DNA of 64,000 nt from Adineta vaga. Taxonomy: Eukaryota; Animalia; Rotifera. The stretch lies in contig CP075492.1 of assembly GCA_021613535.1 (NCBI GenBank), forward strand, positions 18,476,001 through 18,540,000, read 5' to 3'. Below are positions 11,394 to 26,520 of the stretch, piece by piece; the first letter of the stretch is position 1; each line of letters starts with the position of its first letter. Made by a program: the position numbers and the translations under genes. Under the pieces are notes generated by a model. The model searched no databases, was not told the origin of the DNA, and saw only the letters and a list, made by a program, of their open reading frames with translations.

Positions 11394-13356
11394 TCATTGG
11401 CATGTATTTAAGAAGATGCCGATACTTGAGCCACGATCGTTAGCTAGAGTAATATCTTGTCGACTATCATCGTCTAAATCACTAATGAGCGTAAATAAAG
11501 TAGTTGCATCAGAAGACAAAGTGATTGGATTTTGAAAATTGCCTTGACCATCACCGACATAAATGACAAAATTGTGATCTCGTGAGTTGGTGAAAATGAG
11601 ATCTAAGTTACTATCGCCATTGAGATCTCCAACAAAAATGTAATATGGCGTGATAATTAGTGTATACTCCACTCTTCGAAAAGTTGCATTACCATTTCCA
11701 AAAAAAATACTCAGCCATGGACCAGATCGATAGATGATAACAAGGTCCACAAGATCGTCATTGTCAAAGTCGCCACCAATCATTTCTGATGGTAACTGAT
11801 TTGTGGGTAGTGAATTTAACGTCTGAAAACTTCCATTACCAAATCCAAGAAATAGACTCATTGTGTAGCTGTTGCCATTATTAGCGGCTAAATCTAAATG
11901 ACCATCTGCATTGAAATCAGCCACAACTACTCTTCGTGGATACGAATCCGTTGAGAACGTTACTTGCGCTTGAAAGGTACCGTTTCCATAGCCCAACAAC
12001 AAACCGATGTTGTCGTCAAGAGAGTTCACAACAACTATATCAGGATATGTGTCACCGTTTACATCCGCAACTTCTACCATGGTAGGATCTGAACCAACCG
12101 GCAAGCTTTTTCCTCTAACGAAACTTCCATTGCCAAGACCGAATAGCAAATCTAAATAACCATTTGTACGAACCACCAGCAGATCTAAGATCTTGTCGTC
12201 ATTCCAATCATATGTAATGATGTCTTGAGGAGCTATGATAGACGAAATAGTCATTCGCTCTGTAAAGCTTCCGTTCCCATAACCAAAGAAAATGCTAATA
12301 GTATTATCATACTGATTGATGACGGCCAGATCTGCTCTTCTATCTGTGTTAAAATCACCTGCGACAATTGCTTTCACCCATGTATCGGTTTGATATGAAA
12401 CAGGTTGAGCGAATGATAATGATTGACATCTGACATCTAAATAACAGAAGATAAACCAACACTAGTTCTTATCTAAAAAGTTCACTCGATGTTGTTTACA
12501 TGGTAAAGAAGAATTGACTGAGAGTGATGACTTAGTGGACATTCATATACATGTACGTATCTATCGGAAGAAGTCTTGAGGAAAAGATCCCTTATATAGA
12601 AATAATATTCCATAACATCCGGTGTTACTGAAGAAATAGTGTTTGGAAGGTAACATGAAAACTTTCTAAAAGATCAATTTAATTTTTGGGTATAATTAAA
12701 CTCAAATTTGGTAAAGAGCAAGACTTATTCTGAGATCTATGTATTGAACTATCACTCAGTCACTACATCTAGTTGAATATCACCTGTTCACATATTTATA
12801 TTGGTGATACAAATCAATGAATGGGTAATATCGAACAACTGTTGTAATTAAAAAATATACTTACGCGGTAAAGTCATTGTGGATGTAATCGCTGCTGTCG
12901 TTGATGCTGATGTTCGCTTGTTACTTGAATTGGATATTATAATACCTAAAATTGTCGTTCATCAAATGATCTGATGGATATACTATGATCCTTAAACGAG
13001 TTTTCCGATCAAAGCATGTTCATAACCTCATAGATTTTAAATAGAATCCAACGTTGGAATAGGAATGCTGAATGAGAAACACACAAAAATCAGAATTCTT
13101 TTTCCTAACACTCAAATCAATCTAAATCTGTTTGACAGTTCTATGATCTGAGCAGTGTATTAGCACCCAATCAAACAATGTGCAGCAACGACAAGTGCGG
13201 TATGAAGAATGAGAAGAATAATACTGAAACTGTACCTGTTGTTGGTGATGTAGTCTTATTACGAGTTATCAGCACTGATACCAAAATAATGACAATCACG
13301 ACAGCAATACCAAAAACAATCGATAGAATAACCAACAAATTCCTTTTTCTTGTCAT
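11394..13356 (-). CDS. Type II membrane FG-GAP/VCBS repeat (beta-propeller) protein; exons 13356-13236, 12945-12865, 12436-11394
   Basis: N-terminal TM, Ser/Thr-rich linker, 7 DxNxDxxxD repeats each followed by GxGNGxF; splice phases are consistent. Confidence 0.85.
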
Positions 13357-13613
13357 GTCTCTACTTGAAATACAAAGGCAGTAGTGGCGTAACCAGGATT
13401 CTATGGTGTATTGGATCTCTGCTTTAGAGCTTGGGTCCCAGTTGAAACTTATGCAGCATGATCATGGTCACAAATGATGAGTTTCTATCAACTGATTTCT
13501 AGGATCGAAATTTGCTAAAAAATTAGCATTTTCCTGCGCCCTACCAGAAAATATTCAATACTGTTAATAGTGTCTCCTTTTTGAGAATGCCACAGGAAGC
13601 TACAAAAAAATTA

Positions 13614-13676
13614 ATCGACAGATTTCAAATTTCATGTTAATATGCATATTAACATGAAATTTCGAAATCTGTCGAT
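13614..13676. repeat. Near-perfect 63-bp loopless palindrome
   Basis: ATCGACAGATTTCAAATTTCATGTTAATATG|CATATTAACATGAAATTTcGAAATCTGTCGAT (one extra base). Confidence 0.85.
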
Positions 13677-15599
13677 CCCTGGCAACGTTCCATGATAACA
13701 TTGAATAATAACAGACATAATAACGATATTAGACAAAATCATCTGTTGAACAAACCTAATTACATAAAAAAGCACAATTAATAACTGATCTTGAAGATCT
13801 CAATTCATGATGTAACTTGATATAACTGAGACAAACTCTAATATCAGTTACCTCACTACTTCAGTGTAACTGATATGCAATTGAATTTGGTCTGAGTAAT
13901 AAACACTTTCTAGGCACAGTCGTTGAAGTACCGGGTACACTGGTGTGATTTGGGTCGAGGTATAGTACTAACATGTAGCATTATGAGTTAACAAAATATA
14001 TTATTTGCAAAATGTTTTGGATATTTCTCTAGAGTGAAACCTTAAGAGATAGGCGTGAAGGCGAGAAGAAGACTATCCCTTACATTCTCAAGATTGTCGC
14101 TCTCAAATCTTTGAAAAACTAAAACACTTGTTTTTAATCTTTTCGAGGCACCATTTCTACGCTTTTTGGCGACTAACAGATGCTTTCGTCTGCATATTCT
14201 GAAGAGGTGGCAAACGAACATATGAAGGGATGCGAGTTACACATAGAAGATGTAAAAAATAAAAATGATACTGGAAGAAGAGGTGAGAGAGAACTATTTA
14301 TTATAGACAAGAAAAAACGAGAGATTGAGAGAAAATAGTTACCGATAGGATACAACAGGAGAGAGAAATTAGAGAATATAGCGAGAATACAACGAGAAAG
14401 TGACGCATACAATCAGAAGAGAGAATGACAATATCGAGAAATGGAGAAAATTATTGATAAAGCGTATTCTAAATTGTCGACAAGCAGAAATATATATAAC
14501 GTATCTCATGCTCAGCAATAGCCATAGATACTGAACTGTATAACGACTAATAAAAGAAAATCAACAGAACGCCAAAGGAAGAACTAGATGAAGAGCATTA
14601 CATGGGCGCATGATTAAATACTATTGTCTTCTTGTTCGATAACTTCGCTCTAAATACCATCATTCTGTAGAGGATTCAATTCTACATTCAGAAAAATTTT
14701 AAAAGCGAATATCGACAGAAAAAATTCGAGTTCTATACTAATTTTTATGACATGGGTACAGACAATTTATTTATTTTTCACAACTGAACAGACTCCAGTA
14801 ACTGAGACCGCTGTAGCAGATGTGTTATGTAAACAATTGTGTTCCAGAGAAACCTACTTTCAAGATAACGATGCATATTGTTAAGTAACTAAGCAACAGG
14901 ATCGTTTGAGCAGATAACTATCTAATCTTAGAAAGAAAAACAAACATGGGACATTTCTAATGTGTATAGTTCCGATAAAAGAATATTTTAGAGGACATTT
15001 TGTTTACAGTTTAATAAGTAGATAAGAGTTATACACATTGATTTTAGATAACATCAAGGTTCAGATTGTCAAGACGAGATCATCTTATTAGTCTATTCAT
15101 TGAAGTTTATATATGTAGCAAAAATAGGACTGAGATTCATGAGTGGTTGCAACATCGTCTATTATCATTCTATGATGAATAGTTCGTTGAAATATTCATT
15201 TGAAATTTTCTTCTCTTTACACTTTAGTTTATTGCTTCATGATATTAAGAAAATAGTTGAAAAAAGAACGAGGAAATGTTTACAAACAAAATATATAATT
15301 GTTTCCTCTGTTACATCCATATTTTCGAGTGAGGCAGTAAAGCATATTAACAATTGAAGAGATATGACAATATCTCTGAAGTTTTTCTCTTCTTAAAATA
15401 ATTGAAAGAAAAACTATTGTTGCAGATATCCGAACTATTATGATTGACGTAGTTAAATATTCTACTCAGTTGCCCTTGAAATATTTTCAGAAAAATGTTG
15501 TTGTTATGTATGATAAAGTAACTAAGAATATTTTTACCGTATATCTGCAAGAACTAAAACATATCGTCTAACAATTAATCGAGAAAGTTGTTAGAAAGA

Positions 15600-18500
15600 A
15601 TGACCAATATTTGGCTAACCATTTCAAATTTATTTCAAAGAATAAAGACATGGATTGTCACATTGAATTTGTTCGATACACGAGTAACAGATGAACGAAC
15701 AATCAAAGTGGAAAAATGGTCGACTCGAGTCTATTTAATTTTACTTTTCGCCATCTTGATTACTCTTACAACATACACAGGCGTTAGTGATGAAATTACG
15801 ACTATGACTGTTCCAACACCTACGTTGAAAACATTTCTTGACTTATTCCATTCGAAGCATGCCAGTACTTTAAAATGTCCTTGTTCGTTGATTACTATCA
15901 ATCATGGAGATTTCGTTCAAGTCAATTATACTTTACATCCAATATGTTCAAGTGAATTTGTTACAAATCGAACATTCCGAAAGTTACTTTTCGATACCGG
16001 TTTTGGCCAGCGAACTGATTATCAAAGAATATGGCCAATGGAAATACGCAAAAGTTTAACACCTTATCTCTCACTACTTAGTTCAGCGTGTCACTTAACA
16101 ACAATAACACTTGCTGATACCAAAGCAAAGTTTGACAGTCAACCATTGATCATCTCCGAAGTGTTATCTCCTGACGTGTTTGATTCGCAAGTTTTAATTA
16201 TTCTCAATCGAATGAGAGATCAAGCTCCTGTCTCATTCCTACGCTCATTAGACACTATCCAATCAATCGCATCCAGTAATCAAATCATTTCTGGTTGGGC
16301 AACAAATTATCTGTACAATCTCAACGATCTACAATACTATTCGGTTTCCTATTCGTTTGCATCTTCAATTCATTCGTGGTGTGATTGTCTATCAGCACAG
16401 AAATGTCCAGTACCCATGGGTTTTTATAATTATTCTACTTGGGATACCAATGGTTATTATAATTTAACGGAGCTAAAGCCTAATTTGACCATTACAGGTT
16501 TCTTCTCGGATTGTTTACCAGTAGATGGAGCCTTGGTTTCTTCACTTGCTTGTTTCTACAATCACTCATGTGTGAAAAGTCTTGAAGAGATATTTAATCT
16601 TACAATGCCAGTTCCATTGAATGCATCACAGTTGCATTCCAATGAGATAAATGATACTATTCAAACTCTTCTCAGTCGGCTATTGGTGGACAAATGGGAA
16701 AATCAATCATCATATTCGGATTTTTTTCAACACTGTGGTCCAACACATTGCTCGTATTTATTGACATATCATCATGGGTTTCTGTTTATCTTAAATAAAA
16801 TTCTGGGTATTGTTGGAGGTCTTATTGTGACACTTCGAATCCTTATTCCCTTTATATTGAAACACCTGATCAATTGGTTCAGAAATCACTATTTGAACAA
16901 AGCAACTCACTGTCAATGTTCTTTACAAATACTCAGTGAATTTATTCGACAAAAGATGTTTTCTCTGTGGAAAGTATTAGCTGAACTGAATTTATTCAAG
17001 GACGATTCTGCTCATGATGCTAGCATCATACGCTCCAAACGGATTGCTACTCGTGTGTATCTTCTTCTGCTGGCTATAAGTTGTGTCATCTTAATTACTT
17101 ATAATAGTCTCGATTCTCAAATTCATACGGTGACAATTGACCATCCATCTTTAATTGTTTATGAAGATTTATATGCAAAATTTTCAAGTACTCTAACATG
17201 CTCATGCTCTCAAATCTCCGTATCCAACGAACAGTTTCTGAATATTACCTACATTTTACATCCAATTTGTTCAAGCGATATTCTTTTCCTTAATTGGACA
17301 ACACAAAAAAATGACGGAAAAACAATTGTGAAATACGATAATGCTGATTTTCGTAGTGGAGTAGGAGCATATTTTCGTTTGATCGATAAGCTTTGTTCAT
17401 TATGTCGAACAACAATCGAAAAATCTTTGGAATCATTTTATTTTGACGAATTTATCAACAATCATCTAATAGATCGAATCTCATTTGAAGCTCAATCAAT
17501 ATTACGCGTGAATACGTTCGTTGATACAACAACGGCTGATTTCTTTACTACTATTAATATTGTTCGTCAAATGACGTATGGAAACCACATGTTAGTGGCC
17601 TCGATGTTAAACGCTCTAGTTCGTGTTAACGGAGACGTCAGCTTGAAAACAGATATAAATGATGTATTTATACTCGGTGACGATTGTCGATGTTGCAGTT
17701 CGTCTAGTTGTGTTGGTCAACAGTATTTGAAAATTGATGTTTTCGATTATCAACGCATTTGGAATATTCCTGGACTTCTCACGGGTTGTTCAGAACTTGA
17801 GAGCGTCTTACGATCGACATTGGAATGCTGGTTTGAGAAAGACTGTCTCAATCAAGTTATTTATCTTATTCTGAATACAAATATGACTGAAGCAAATATT
17901 CTACCACTTGCTATTCCGAACGCAAATTTCACTATGAGGTTTTCGCGAGATACACCATTTGAAACTTTACTTAATGATATGCTGGTCAGTGTGTGGGAAA
18001 ATACAAGTTCGTATCATTCATTCTACTCTGCATGTTTGCCGGCTAGTTGTACTTATTCCTACATTGGAAAAAATACCGGCTTATATATCTTTCTCACGAC
18101 ATTAGGTTTACTCGGTGGATTATCAAAAGTACTTCGATTTCTTGTTCCGATTTTAGTCAAAAACATCATGAAATACGTTGGAAAAGGAACTTATGATCAA
18201 TCTTCTTCAAGAACCTCCGGTAAGCGTTTTTCCTTCATTATCATTTGAAACATTGCATAAGTCCGAAAGTTCGTTCGTTTGTCTTGAGGATCTTTTCTTA
18301 CATGAGCCTAGATGATTGTTTGACTTTGGCATGAATGATGCCGATGACCTATGCGCCACTAGCCATTTCCTACAGAAAGCTGTTTTGTACAGAGAACAGC
18401 ACTTGAATATACCATTTTTTGTACTATATTCATACTAAGGCAGATTATCAACGGTATTTTATTAATCATTTAGAAAGCATTTCAATCGTCGATCGCTTGA

Positions 18501-19816
18501 AACTGATTTGTCGAACAATTCCAAATTCGATTATTTCACTTAATTTGTTCGAAACACCGTCAAGTAATGTTAATACATCCCGTTTCGAACTTATCACAAC
18601 GAGATTATACCTCGGTTTACTTCTTGGAAGTCTTAGTTTATTTTCCATTTACATAGTATTCAAACAACAAACCTATGCTATTACAGTTGAACATCCGTCA
18701 ATATCGACCTATGAAAATCTAGAGAAACTTTACTCTGCAACAATTTACTGTCCTTGCTCTTTTGTAACGATTAAGTACAAAGAATTTTTAATTGTCGAAT
18801 CCACACTCCATCCGATATGTGAAAGTGATTTTATAGGCGATTACTGGATTGGTACTTTACGATTGAATGTACAGAACTATTATACTTCTCTACCTGAAGG
18901 CTTACCTGATGATTTTCTATATCGATCTACGGGTTTCTTTGAAATTTTGAAGATGCTATGTGACCTAAGTAGCGATACAGTTGCCGATGAAATCAAGAGA
19001 TTCTCCAGGAATGATTTTGTAACTGCACAGCCATTGTCTCGTGCTGAATTCATGCTACAAACCCACACTCTTCTATCAACTTTCGAATCTTCGGTGTCAT
19101 CCATATTCATGCAATCACTTCAATTGATGCGTGAAACAAATCAAGCTAATGGTTTTCTCAATTCATACTTGACAAATTGGTATTATCCTTCATACATTGA
19201 ATGGCACCAGCTACAAACTTCGAGTGATTCTCCACTTGCAAGACAGTATGGAAATTGTTCATGTGCTGTATCTAGTGATTGTATGACGATTGCCTCTCTT
19301 CACTTTGTTAATGCTCAAGGTGTAGACAGCGTCATGTATCCGAATGGTTTTGTTATGGGATGTGATGCTCTTGAATCTCTTCTTCACACATCTTTTATGT
19401 GCTTATTCGATCAAGATTGTCTTAATTCTTTGTGTGATGCACTCCATAAGGGTAGCGGAAACTACTGGAGGAACCGATGTCCTGTAACTGTGTTGGATGC
19501 TTTGTCTACATTATATCCATTAAACGAAAGTGCTGAAGTAATTCTTACTCGAATGATGGTTGACCAATGGATAAATAAATCAACATATACATCATTCTAT
19601 GATGGTTGTGCACCAACCTATTGTACTTATTTCTATACGACTCGATCGACTTTCATTTATAAAGTCACAATTGTCATTGGATTTTATGGTGGAATCAATG
19701 TTAGTCTTCGATTTCTGCTTCCGATCGGCGTGAAAATATTTCTTTGCATACTTGCTTATATCACGAACTATCGCCATCACCGATCTCAAGTTCAACCGAT
19801 GCCAAGAGAAACCTAA
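15600..19816 (+). CDS. ~1320-aa membrane protein of three tandem modules (TM - Cys-rich ectodomain - TM); intron 18220-18473
   Basis: Each module has LNLF...TR(V/L)YLxLL TM, CxCS, LHPIC, GxxxxC, Y..F...C.P..CxY and a GxxGG TM. The phase-1 splice joins the two ORFs. Confidence 0.8.
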
Positions 19817-21099
19817 CCCTACTGTTGGTCCTTATGAACACGAATTCTTTTTCTGCCAACCAATGACTGTTGTTGCTCAGAAAACTATTTTGCTGATTAG
19901 TTAGGCTTTTACTTCATCAAATAAATCGTTTCAAACAAAGAAGGTCTTTTATCTTCGACATGCATTATTTCACGACAGTCCTCGGTAAAACGAAGAAATG
20001 ATCTTCAGCATCACTGTGGCAAGAGAACATTTCCAGGTGTTAATGCGATTTTTATCCGAGGATGTTACCATTTGATAGAGGACAATAAGTTATGATCTTG
20101 AGGGTGTAGGCGTGATGTGAGTGGGTGTGGATGCGGGTGATGAAACAGAAGATACCCACCAGAGATGTCCATGACGGCGTAGCAGCGGCAGCTTAAAAAA
20201 AAGAGAAATTAAAAAGCTCATGAATTTACACAAAATTTTCGTTTTAAAGAATGCAAAACAGTAAAACTCGATTAGTTTCATCGTTTAAAGATGACATTTT
20301 TTATTATCGTCGCGGCGCGGCAGATGTTCAGCCGCGATGGACATCTCTGGTACCCACACCCTCGACTACTGATTACCAAAGCAATTGTAGTCCATTAATT
20401 GCACAGTTGAATGTACATAATAAAGACATACACATGTTGTTCATAGAATCCGAGGATTTTAATAGATGTCGAAACTTCAAAGAACGATACTCCGCCGAAT
20501 CTTTTGTCGATACTCGGAAGGGAAGACAGATGCTCTTATAAGTGTTTACGTGGTGTTGAAAGCAAAAATTCCGATTCCTATAAAAACTATTAATGTTCTG
20601 AGAAAATCTCGGATTAGTTACTTGATTTTAGTCTAGTTTTTCACCCTATTTAGTGAAGATTGGGCAAATAGTGAATAGAATGAGTTTATTGAAAAGACAA
20701 AAAGCAAATAGTCAAGTATCATACAATGAAAGCAATGTGAAAAGAGAAATCCCGTAATCAGGAACTGGAATTTAGCTGTGAGTTAAGATAATCATGGAGT
20801 AGAAGATCATCAAGAGCCACTGAGGATAAACATCCATACACGCCAATGATACTTGCATTGTTGTACTTGTCATTGTTTCTACAGTGAACGTCATCGATGA
20901 ATTCGATACGTGTACTAAGATAAAGTAAAATATAATAGATACACAACTTCTGTAACAAATAACAACAGCACAAAGGATCTTGTCTTTTATGAACGAAGTA
21001 TTTATTCGACAATGATACTGTTACCAAGGGAGAAAATATCGATATGTTGGACTTTTTTTAGAATGCATTCGATCTTAGTTTTAGATTTAAAACGAGTTA

Positions 21100-23710
21100 C
21101 TTACTTGAATGTGATGTTCGAGCAGTTGTTGATAACAGAACTAAAAACAGAGAAATGATTGATTGCTCATCGATTATCATTTCTTACTTGTAGTTGGCAC
21201 TGTCGTTGTTGTTGTGTTTACTATCGGTGCCACTAAAAGATCATATGAATTATCAGATATGTCAATACTCGGTCAAGCAACGTTTATTCTCATTAGTTCA
21301 ATTGCAATGAATACATTAGAGAAATGAGACTTACAACAAGAAACATCGAATCTTTGAATACGATTATTCCTATAATCAACAATGACCAATGCTCCATTCG
21401 AATCGAATTTATTACGATATGGATAATTCAACTGACTAGGTAATGTTCCATACGATGATCCACCGCCAACGATCATTCCAGATATTGCTCCAATTATCCA
21501 TCGCAGAACACGATTGTTGTTACTATCAGTGATGTAGAGATATCCATTTTGATCCATGATCACTGCTGTTGGTGTATCCAATTGATTGAGTCCATTACCA
21601 TATACTCTTGTCTGTCCAGCCACTGTTGTTCCATTCATCGCAGCTGGAAGCCACATCTGAATGCGATGGTTGTATGTATCTGCAACATACAATGTGTTCG
21701 AAGCACTTGTATCAACATATAATCCACATGGGTAATAAAACTGATATGACAACGATCCAAAACTTCCACAAACAACAGCACCTTTGGTTGGCGAATCCCA
21801 TCGAACTATACGATGATTAACTGTATCAGCTATCCAAATGACTGATGTGTTCGATCCGATGAATATGTCATAGGGATATCTGAGGTGGTTGGCATCAGCA
21901 CCAGTTCCATTTCCGCCTGCAACAACTGTTCCACTTACATCGCCAGGTGCATACTTCACTACACGATGATTATCACAATCAACTATGTAGATATTACCAC
22001 TTGCATCAACACGAATCGCTTGCACTAGGAATAAGTACCAAAATGACAAGAACTAGTTATCGATCACTAAAGACAGCACTTACTGTCTCCGAACTGATTG
22101 AGCATTGATCCATAGCTTCCATTGACTACAGTAATTCCAATCGTCGAGTTAGGTAGAAAAAGCAGTACACGATAGTTACTCGAGTCTAACACATATAGAG
22201 CATTGTTCTGGTCGAGAAATACATCCTGAGGATAATTAAGAGTTGTTGATGTGTAGCCAGACAGTCCGATGGGTGAGCCAGCAATTGTGCTTGCATTCGA
22301 TGACCACCTTGTCATCGAACAGCTTCCATTAGAGGAATGTGCTAAACAGTGAAGCAAGAGAAAAGAGGGTTAAATGTGATCTTTTATTAGGAAAATTTTC
22401 AGTGCGAGATGATTACTGCAATTGTTGAACTCGGCACTCCATTCATTTTTTCGTCTGTCACATTAGCTGATAAAAGTCGGGAGATCTACAAGTCTTACTT
22501 GTTGTTGTGTCTGGTAACGGTGTGGTAGTGGAAGTATTAGACGTTGCGGCTAAAACAAACGATATTAGAAAATGGCTTTATAAAAGTTCAATTTACCACA
22601 AGACATGAGAAATTTTTGAATTCGATTGTTGTATGTATCGACAACATATAATGAGCCACTCGAGTCAAAATTCAGACTCATCGGATAGTAAAGCTGGTTA
22701 GATTGCACTCCTGATACTGTGTCACCTGCTACGATCACACCTGCACTAGCTCCAATCCTCCATCGTACAATTCGATGATTGTTTCTATCGACGATGTGCA
22801 TATTTTGATTATTATCGACCATCACTGCTGTCGGATACCACAACTGATTGAGGCCATTGCCATAGTAACTTGTAATACCAGCCACTGTTGTCCCGTGCGT
22901 CGCTTCTGTTTGCCACATCTGGATGCGATGATTGTATGTATCTGCTACATAAAGTGTGTTTGAATCACTTGTGTCAACAAATACACCAGATGGATACTGA
23001 AACTGATCATCATTAGATCCGTAACTGCCACATACCACCATGCTTGTCATCGGTGAAGACCATTTAACAATACGATGATTATTTTTATCTGCAATCCAAA
23101 TGATTCTAGTGCTCCAATCGATGAACATTCCAGCGGAAGCATTCAGTTGATTGGTATTGTTGCCAATACCATTGCCACCAGCGACAACTGCGCCCGAAGA
23201 ACTTTCCGGTGACCATTTAGTGACACGTCCATTGCTACTACCATCAAGTATATAGATACTTCCATTGCCATCGATATTGATGGCTCTCACTAGAACAGAG
23301 ATGATGTCGACGCGATATCATTCAGACAACGCTAAACCTACTGCTAACGAACTGATTAAGTGCAGTGCCATAACTACCATTGATCACTGTTGTAACTATA
23401 GTTGAATTTGACAGAAGATATTGTACACGATAATTGCCTGAATCTAACACATATATACTGGTGTTCTTGTCGATGTAGATATCAAATGGTCCATTCAATG
23501 ATGACGAGTCAAATCCTGATATACCGGTTTTGAGTCCAACTACTGTAGTTGCACTTCTTTGCCATGTCGCTGTTGGACATAGAGTTAGTGCCAAAGACGT
23601 TTCAGCTGAGAATCTAAATGAAGAAATTATAGTCATACAATTATTTTCTCACGTGCATACTAGTTTACATCAATGAAGACAGAATCGTCAACCAAAATTG
23701 TTTCATATTG
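21100..23710 (-). CDS. Multi-exon NHL-repeat protein with two beta-propeller modules and Thr-rich linkers (ends approximate)
   Basis: Repeated LxxPxxIxxD, LYVADTYNHRIQ, VAGGNGxG; duplicated CxxxxW...TxAG entry exons (23322-23636, 22067-22357). Confidence 0.8.
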
Positions 23711-25296
23711 AAGTTGTCCACGATTATTGACTTTCTAAATGACATCTAGATTCAATTATACACATCAGATTTTTCGAGACGTATACACAAGCTATGACCC
23801 TCAATGAACAAAACTGCCTTTCTCAAAGATTCCAATTCCCTTATCCATTATTATAACATCTACATGGATTTAATTGAATATTCTTCGATATCTTGAGAAT
23901 AATAGCAGGATCATGATAAATGAAATACCCTGACTGACATTGACATCTCGTCTCTTTCACATATATTCACCATTAGACTAATCTAGCAATCAACTTTCTC
24001 TATTCATTCATCGTCTATCTATTTTTTCGATAATCAAATTTTGACATTGAACATACTTGTAAGTGTTGACTTTTTCTTAGATGAACATGATTAGTCAATA
24101 ACTCCGATCAATTTTTTATTTATAATGTCATTCAAACTTGTCAGAAAAACTACTTCCATCGACTTCGTTTCAGTGTTTTAGAGAAAAACTATTTCCTCAT
24201 TTCCAAATGATTAACCAACAAAATCATGCGTTTTTAAAGTTCTTTTTCTTATCAACATTCAACTTATAATGATATTCAGCTAGAAAATAATTAATAGAAA
24301 GAGTTTATTTTATTAATATTTGTATTGACAACAAAATAAACAGTGCAAAATCTTTTCTAAACGTGAACAGCCTCGAATGACAATCTTAACAACTCTATAT
24401 GGTGCCTTTTTTGTGTCATTGTTATCATGTTCCCTTATCATAAAGGAACAGAATGATGCTTAACTTTTAGGCAATAGCTTCGGGGAGAGGGATAAATTCT
24501 GAAAGAAATCTCTTTTTGTCTACTAAAAATGAATTCGATAAAGACACTATTCTTTTTCTTTGACGTTAATTGACTTAGATGTATGCAATGAAGAAGTTAT
24601 TCTTATTTATCAAATAAGTACAAACATCGAATTATTTTCTTCAACAAAAACACTGAAATAAAACTACTGAGAACAAATTAAACTTCGACTTGCGATCTTG
24701 CTTGCGATGAATATGTTCTTTTTGTAGACAAAAAAAGAATGAAATATTTACATCGTTGTTTCAACATCTATATATGGTAGTCATTGCATTAATGATAACT
24801 AGAATAAGAAAAGAGAAACAACTCACAATCAAATAAGAGGATATAATTTCCATTCCATGTGGCAAATGATACTTATAACATATATCATGTCTTTTCACTT
24901 TTGTATGCTAAATTGATTCTGTTTTTCATCAAGCCTGATGTCTTTTTATTTTCATAGCAACATCCTAAACTAACTTTGCATCGATACTCTTTCATTTTAA
25001 ACATAACCATGTTTAATTACAATTTTTTACATAGAAAACTTTAAGAAAAGAAAACTCATTAACTGGTTGCTAAAGAAATGAAAGTGAAAATAGTTTATGG
25101 AGTAAAAACCTGATTTTATACTGTATTATAAGTAACGGATGAAATATTTACAGAAAATATGTTCCTATGCGTCTTTCTTTTTTGTCGAGATAATCTGATA
25201 TTGACAGAGAGGTCTAAGAAAAACTCAGTTCTACTTTATTACGTTTTCGAACATTTATTATGCTTTTCGATAGAGTCAAATCAGATGGTATGTAAA

Positions 25297-25432
25297 CGAG
25301 GGGTGGGTGTGGGTGGGTGAAGCTGTCGGTGCATGTAGGTGTGAGTGCGGCTATATCTTCTTCATGCACATTTACACCATATTGAGGGTGTGGGCGAAGA
25401 AGATATACGTACACCCATACCCACACCCTCAA
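25297..25432. repeat. Telomere-like cassettes (TTGAGGGTGTGGG...ACCCACACCCTCAA) abutting the E2-like fragment
   Basis: Direct reading of G-rich and C-rich arms. Confidence 0.7.
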
Positions 25433-25848
25433 CAACAATTATTACCATTTGATTGAACATTTGGATGATAGATTGGGTCTGAAATACGAACCATAGGTGG
25501 CAGTATTGGATACTGTGTTAATATTGTTGTTTTAATAAGAAATGAACCAAAATTATATGGATTATTATTTTGTAGAATTCGACCTAAAATAACAAAACTA
25601 TCTGTATTATCAAAGAGTGGAATGAGTGATGGTGGTTCACCATCATGAAACATCGAACAATAATCAAGTATGAATCTCTTTTTAGATTGCCACTGCTTTA
25701 ATGTCGTGATATCTTTCGCTATACGTTTATTGTAAGCGTTGCGTATTGAGAATGAAGACAAAATTAAAGGTAATGGACTTTTAAAGTAGCGTAGATTTGG
25801 ACATGTCGAGTAAATTTGTTCATGGACATATGTCGTTGCTCCATCCAA
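25429..25848 (-). pseudogene. Ubiquitin-conjugating (E2/UBC)-like fragment truncated just after the HPNV...C motif
   Basis: PYNFGSFLIK...YPILPPMVRISDPIYHPNVQSNGNNC; the stop codon is supplied by the TGAGGG tract. Confidence 0.65.
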
Positions 25849-25964
25849 TTGAAAATATTTAAGAGCAGGTGATCCTTTCTAATTCTGTTTCGATTTTAAA
25901 GCTCCCATATTCGTTGCTGTGCATATTCGAAGACGAGGAAAACCATTAGATAATATAATTTCGA

Positions 25965-26020
25965 ATGGGTGTGGGTGTAGATATCTAACTCTTCTCTCAC
26001 ACCCTCACCCACACCCTCAA
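25965..26020. repeat. Head-to-head telomere-like cassette
   Basis: TGGGTGTGGGTGT-spacer-CACACCCTCACCCACACCCTCAA. Confidence 0.7.
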
Positions 26021-26520
26021 CAGAGCGGTATCATTATCCTTTCTAATGATAACAATGGTCTATTTTCTGATCGATCTAGATATCCAACTGCTAACGATCC
26101 AAAATGTCTGTTTGTATTCGATGTGAATAACGATAACATGTCAGATATTATTGTCGCACATGTCACGTAAGAAATTACTTTGTTACTAAACACAGCTAAT
26201 AGTATCTTTGATATACATAACTCGATCAGCTCTCATTGGTTTCAATGAAAGTTCTATTATAGCTAAGGATGTTAATCGAAATAATAAAACAGATATAATT
26301 TTAAGAGGATAATATCACTCGTTTGCGATACGTTTCAATAATCATAAGAACACGGATATTATTTTTTCAAATGCAGTCAAATATAAAAATGGTATTTATT
26401 ACAATAGAGGGTATGTAACATTTCTATAATATTGATACTATCCATAGGAATAAAATCGGTAAAATACACAACAATAGATTAAGTTAATAATGACGATAAA
26501 ATGGAATTAATTGCTATGAA
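26021..26520 (+). pseudogene. Degenerate FG-GAP repeat gene fragment
   Basis: NGLFSDRSRYPTANDPKCLFVFDVNNDNMSDIIVAH, followed by further DVN..NKTDI-like remnants with stops. Confidence 0.55.

Noticed and set aside
14050-14700. Possible decayed Helitron-like N-terminal coding remnant (EEHYMG...)
   Set aside because: Many stops and frameshifts, and no Rep or helicase motifs; too weak to call.
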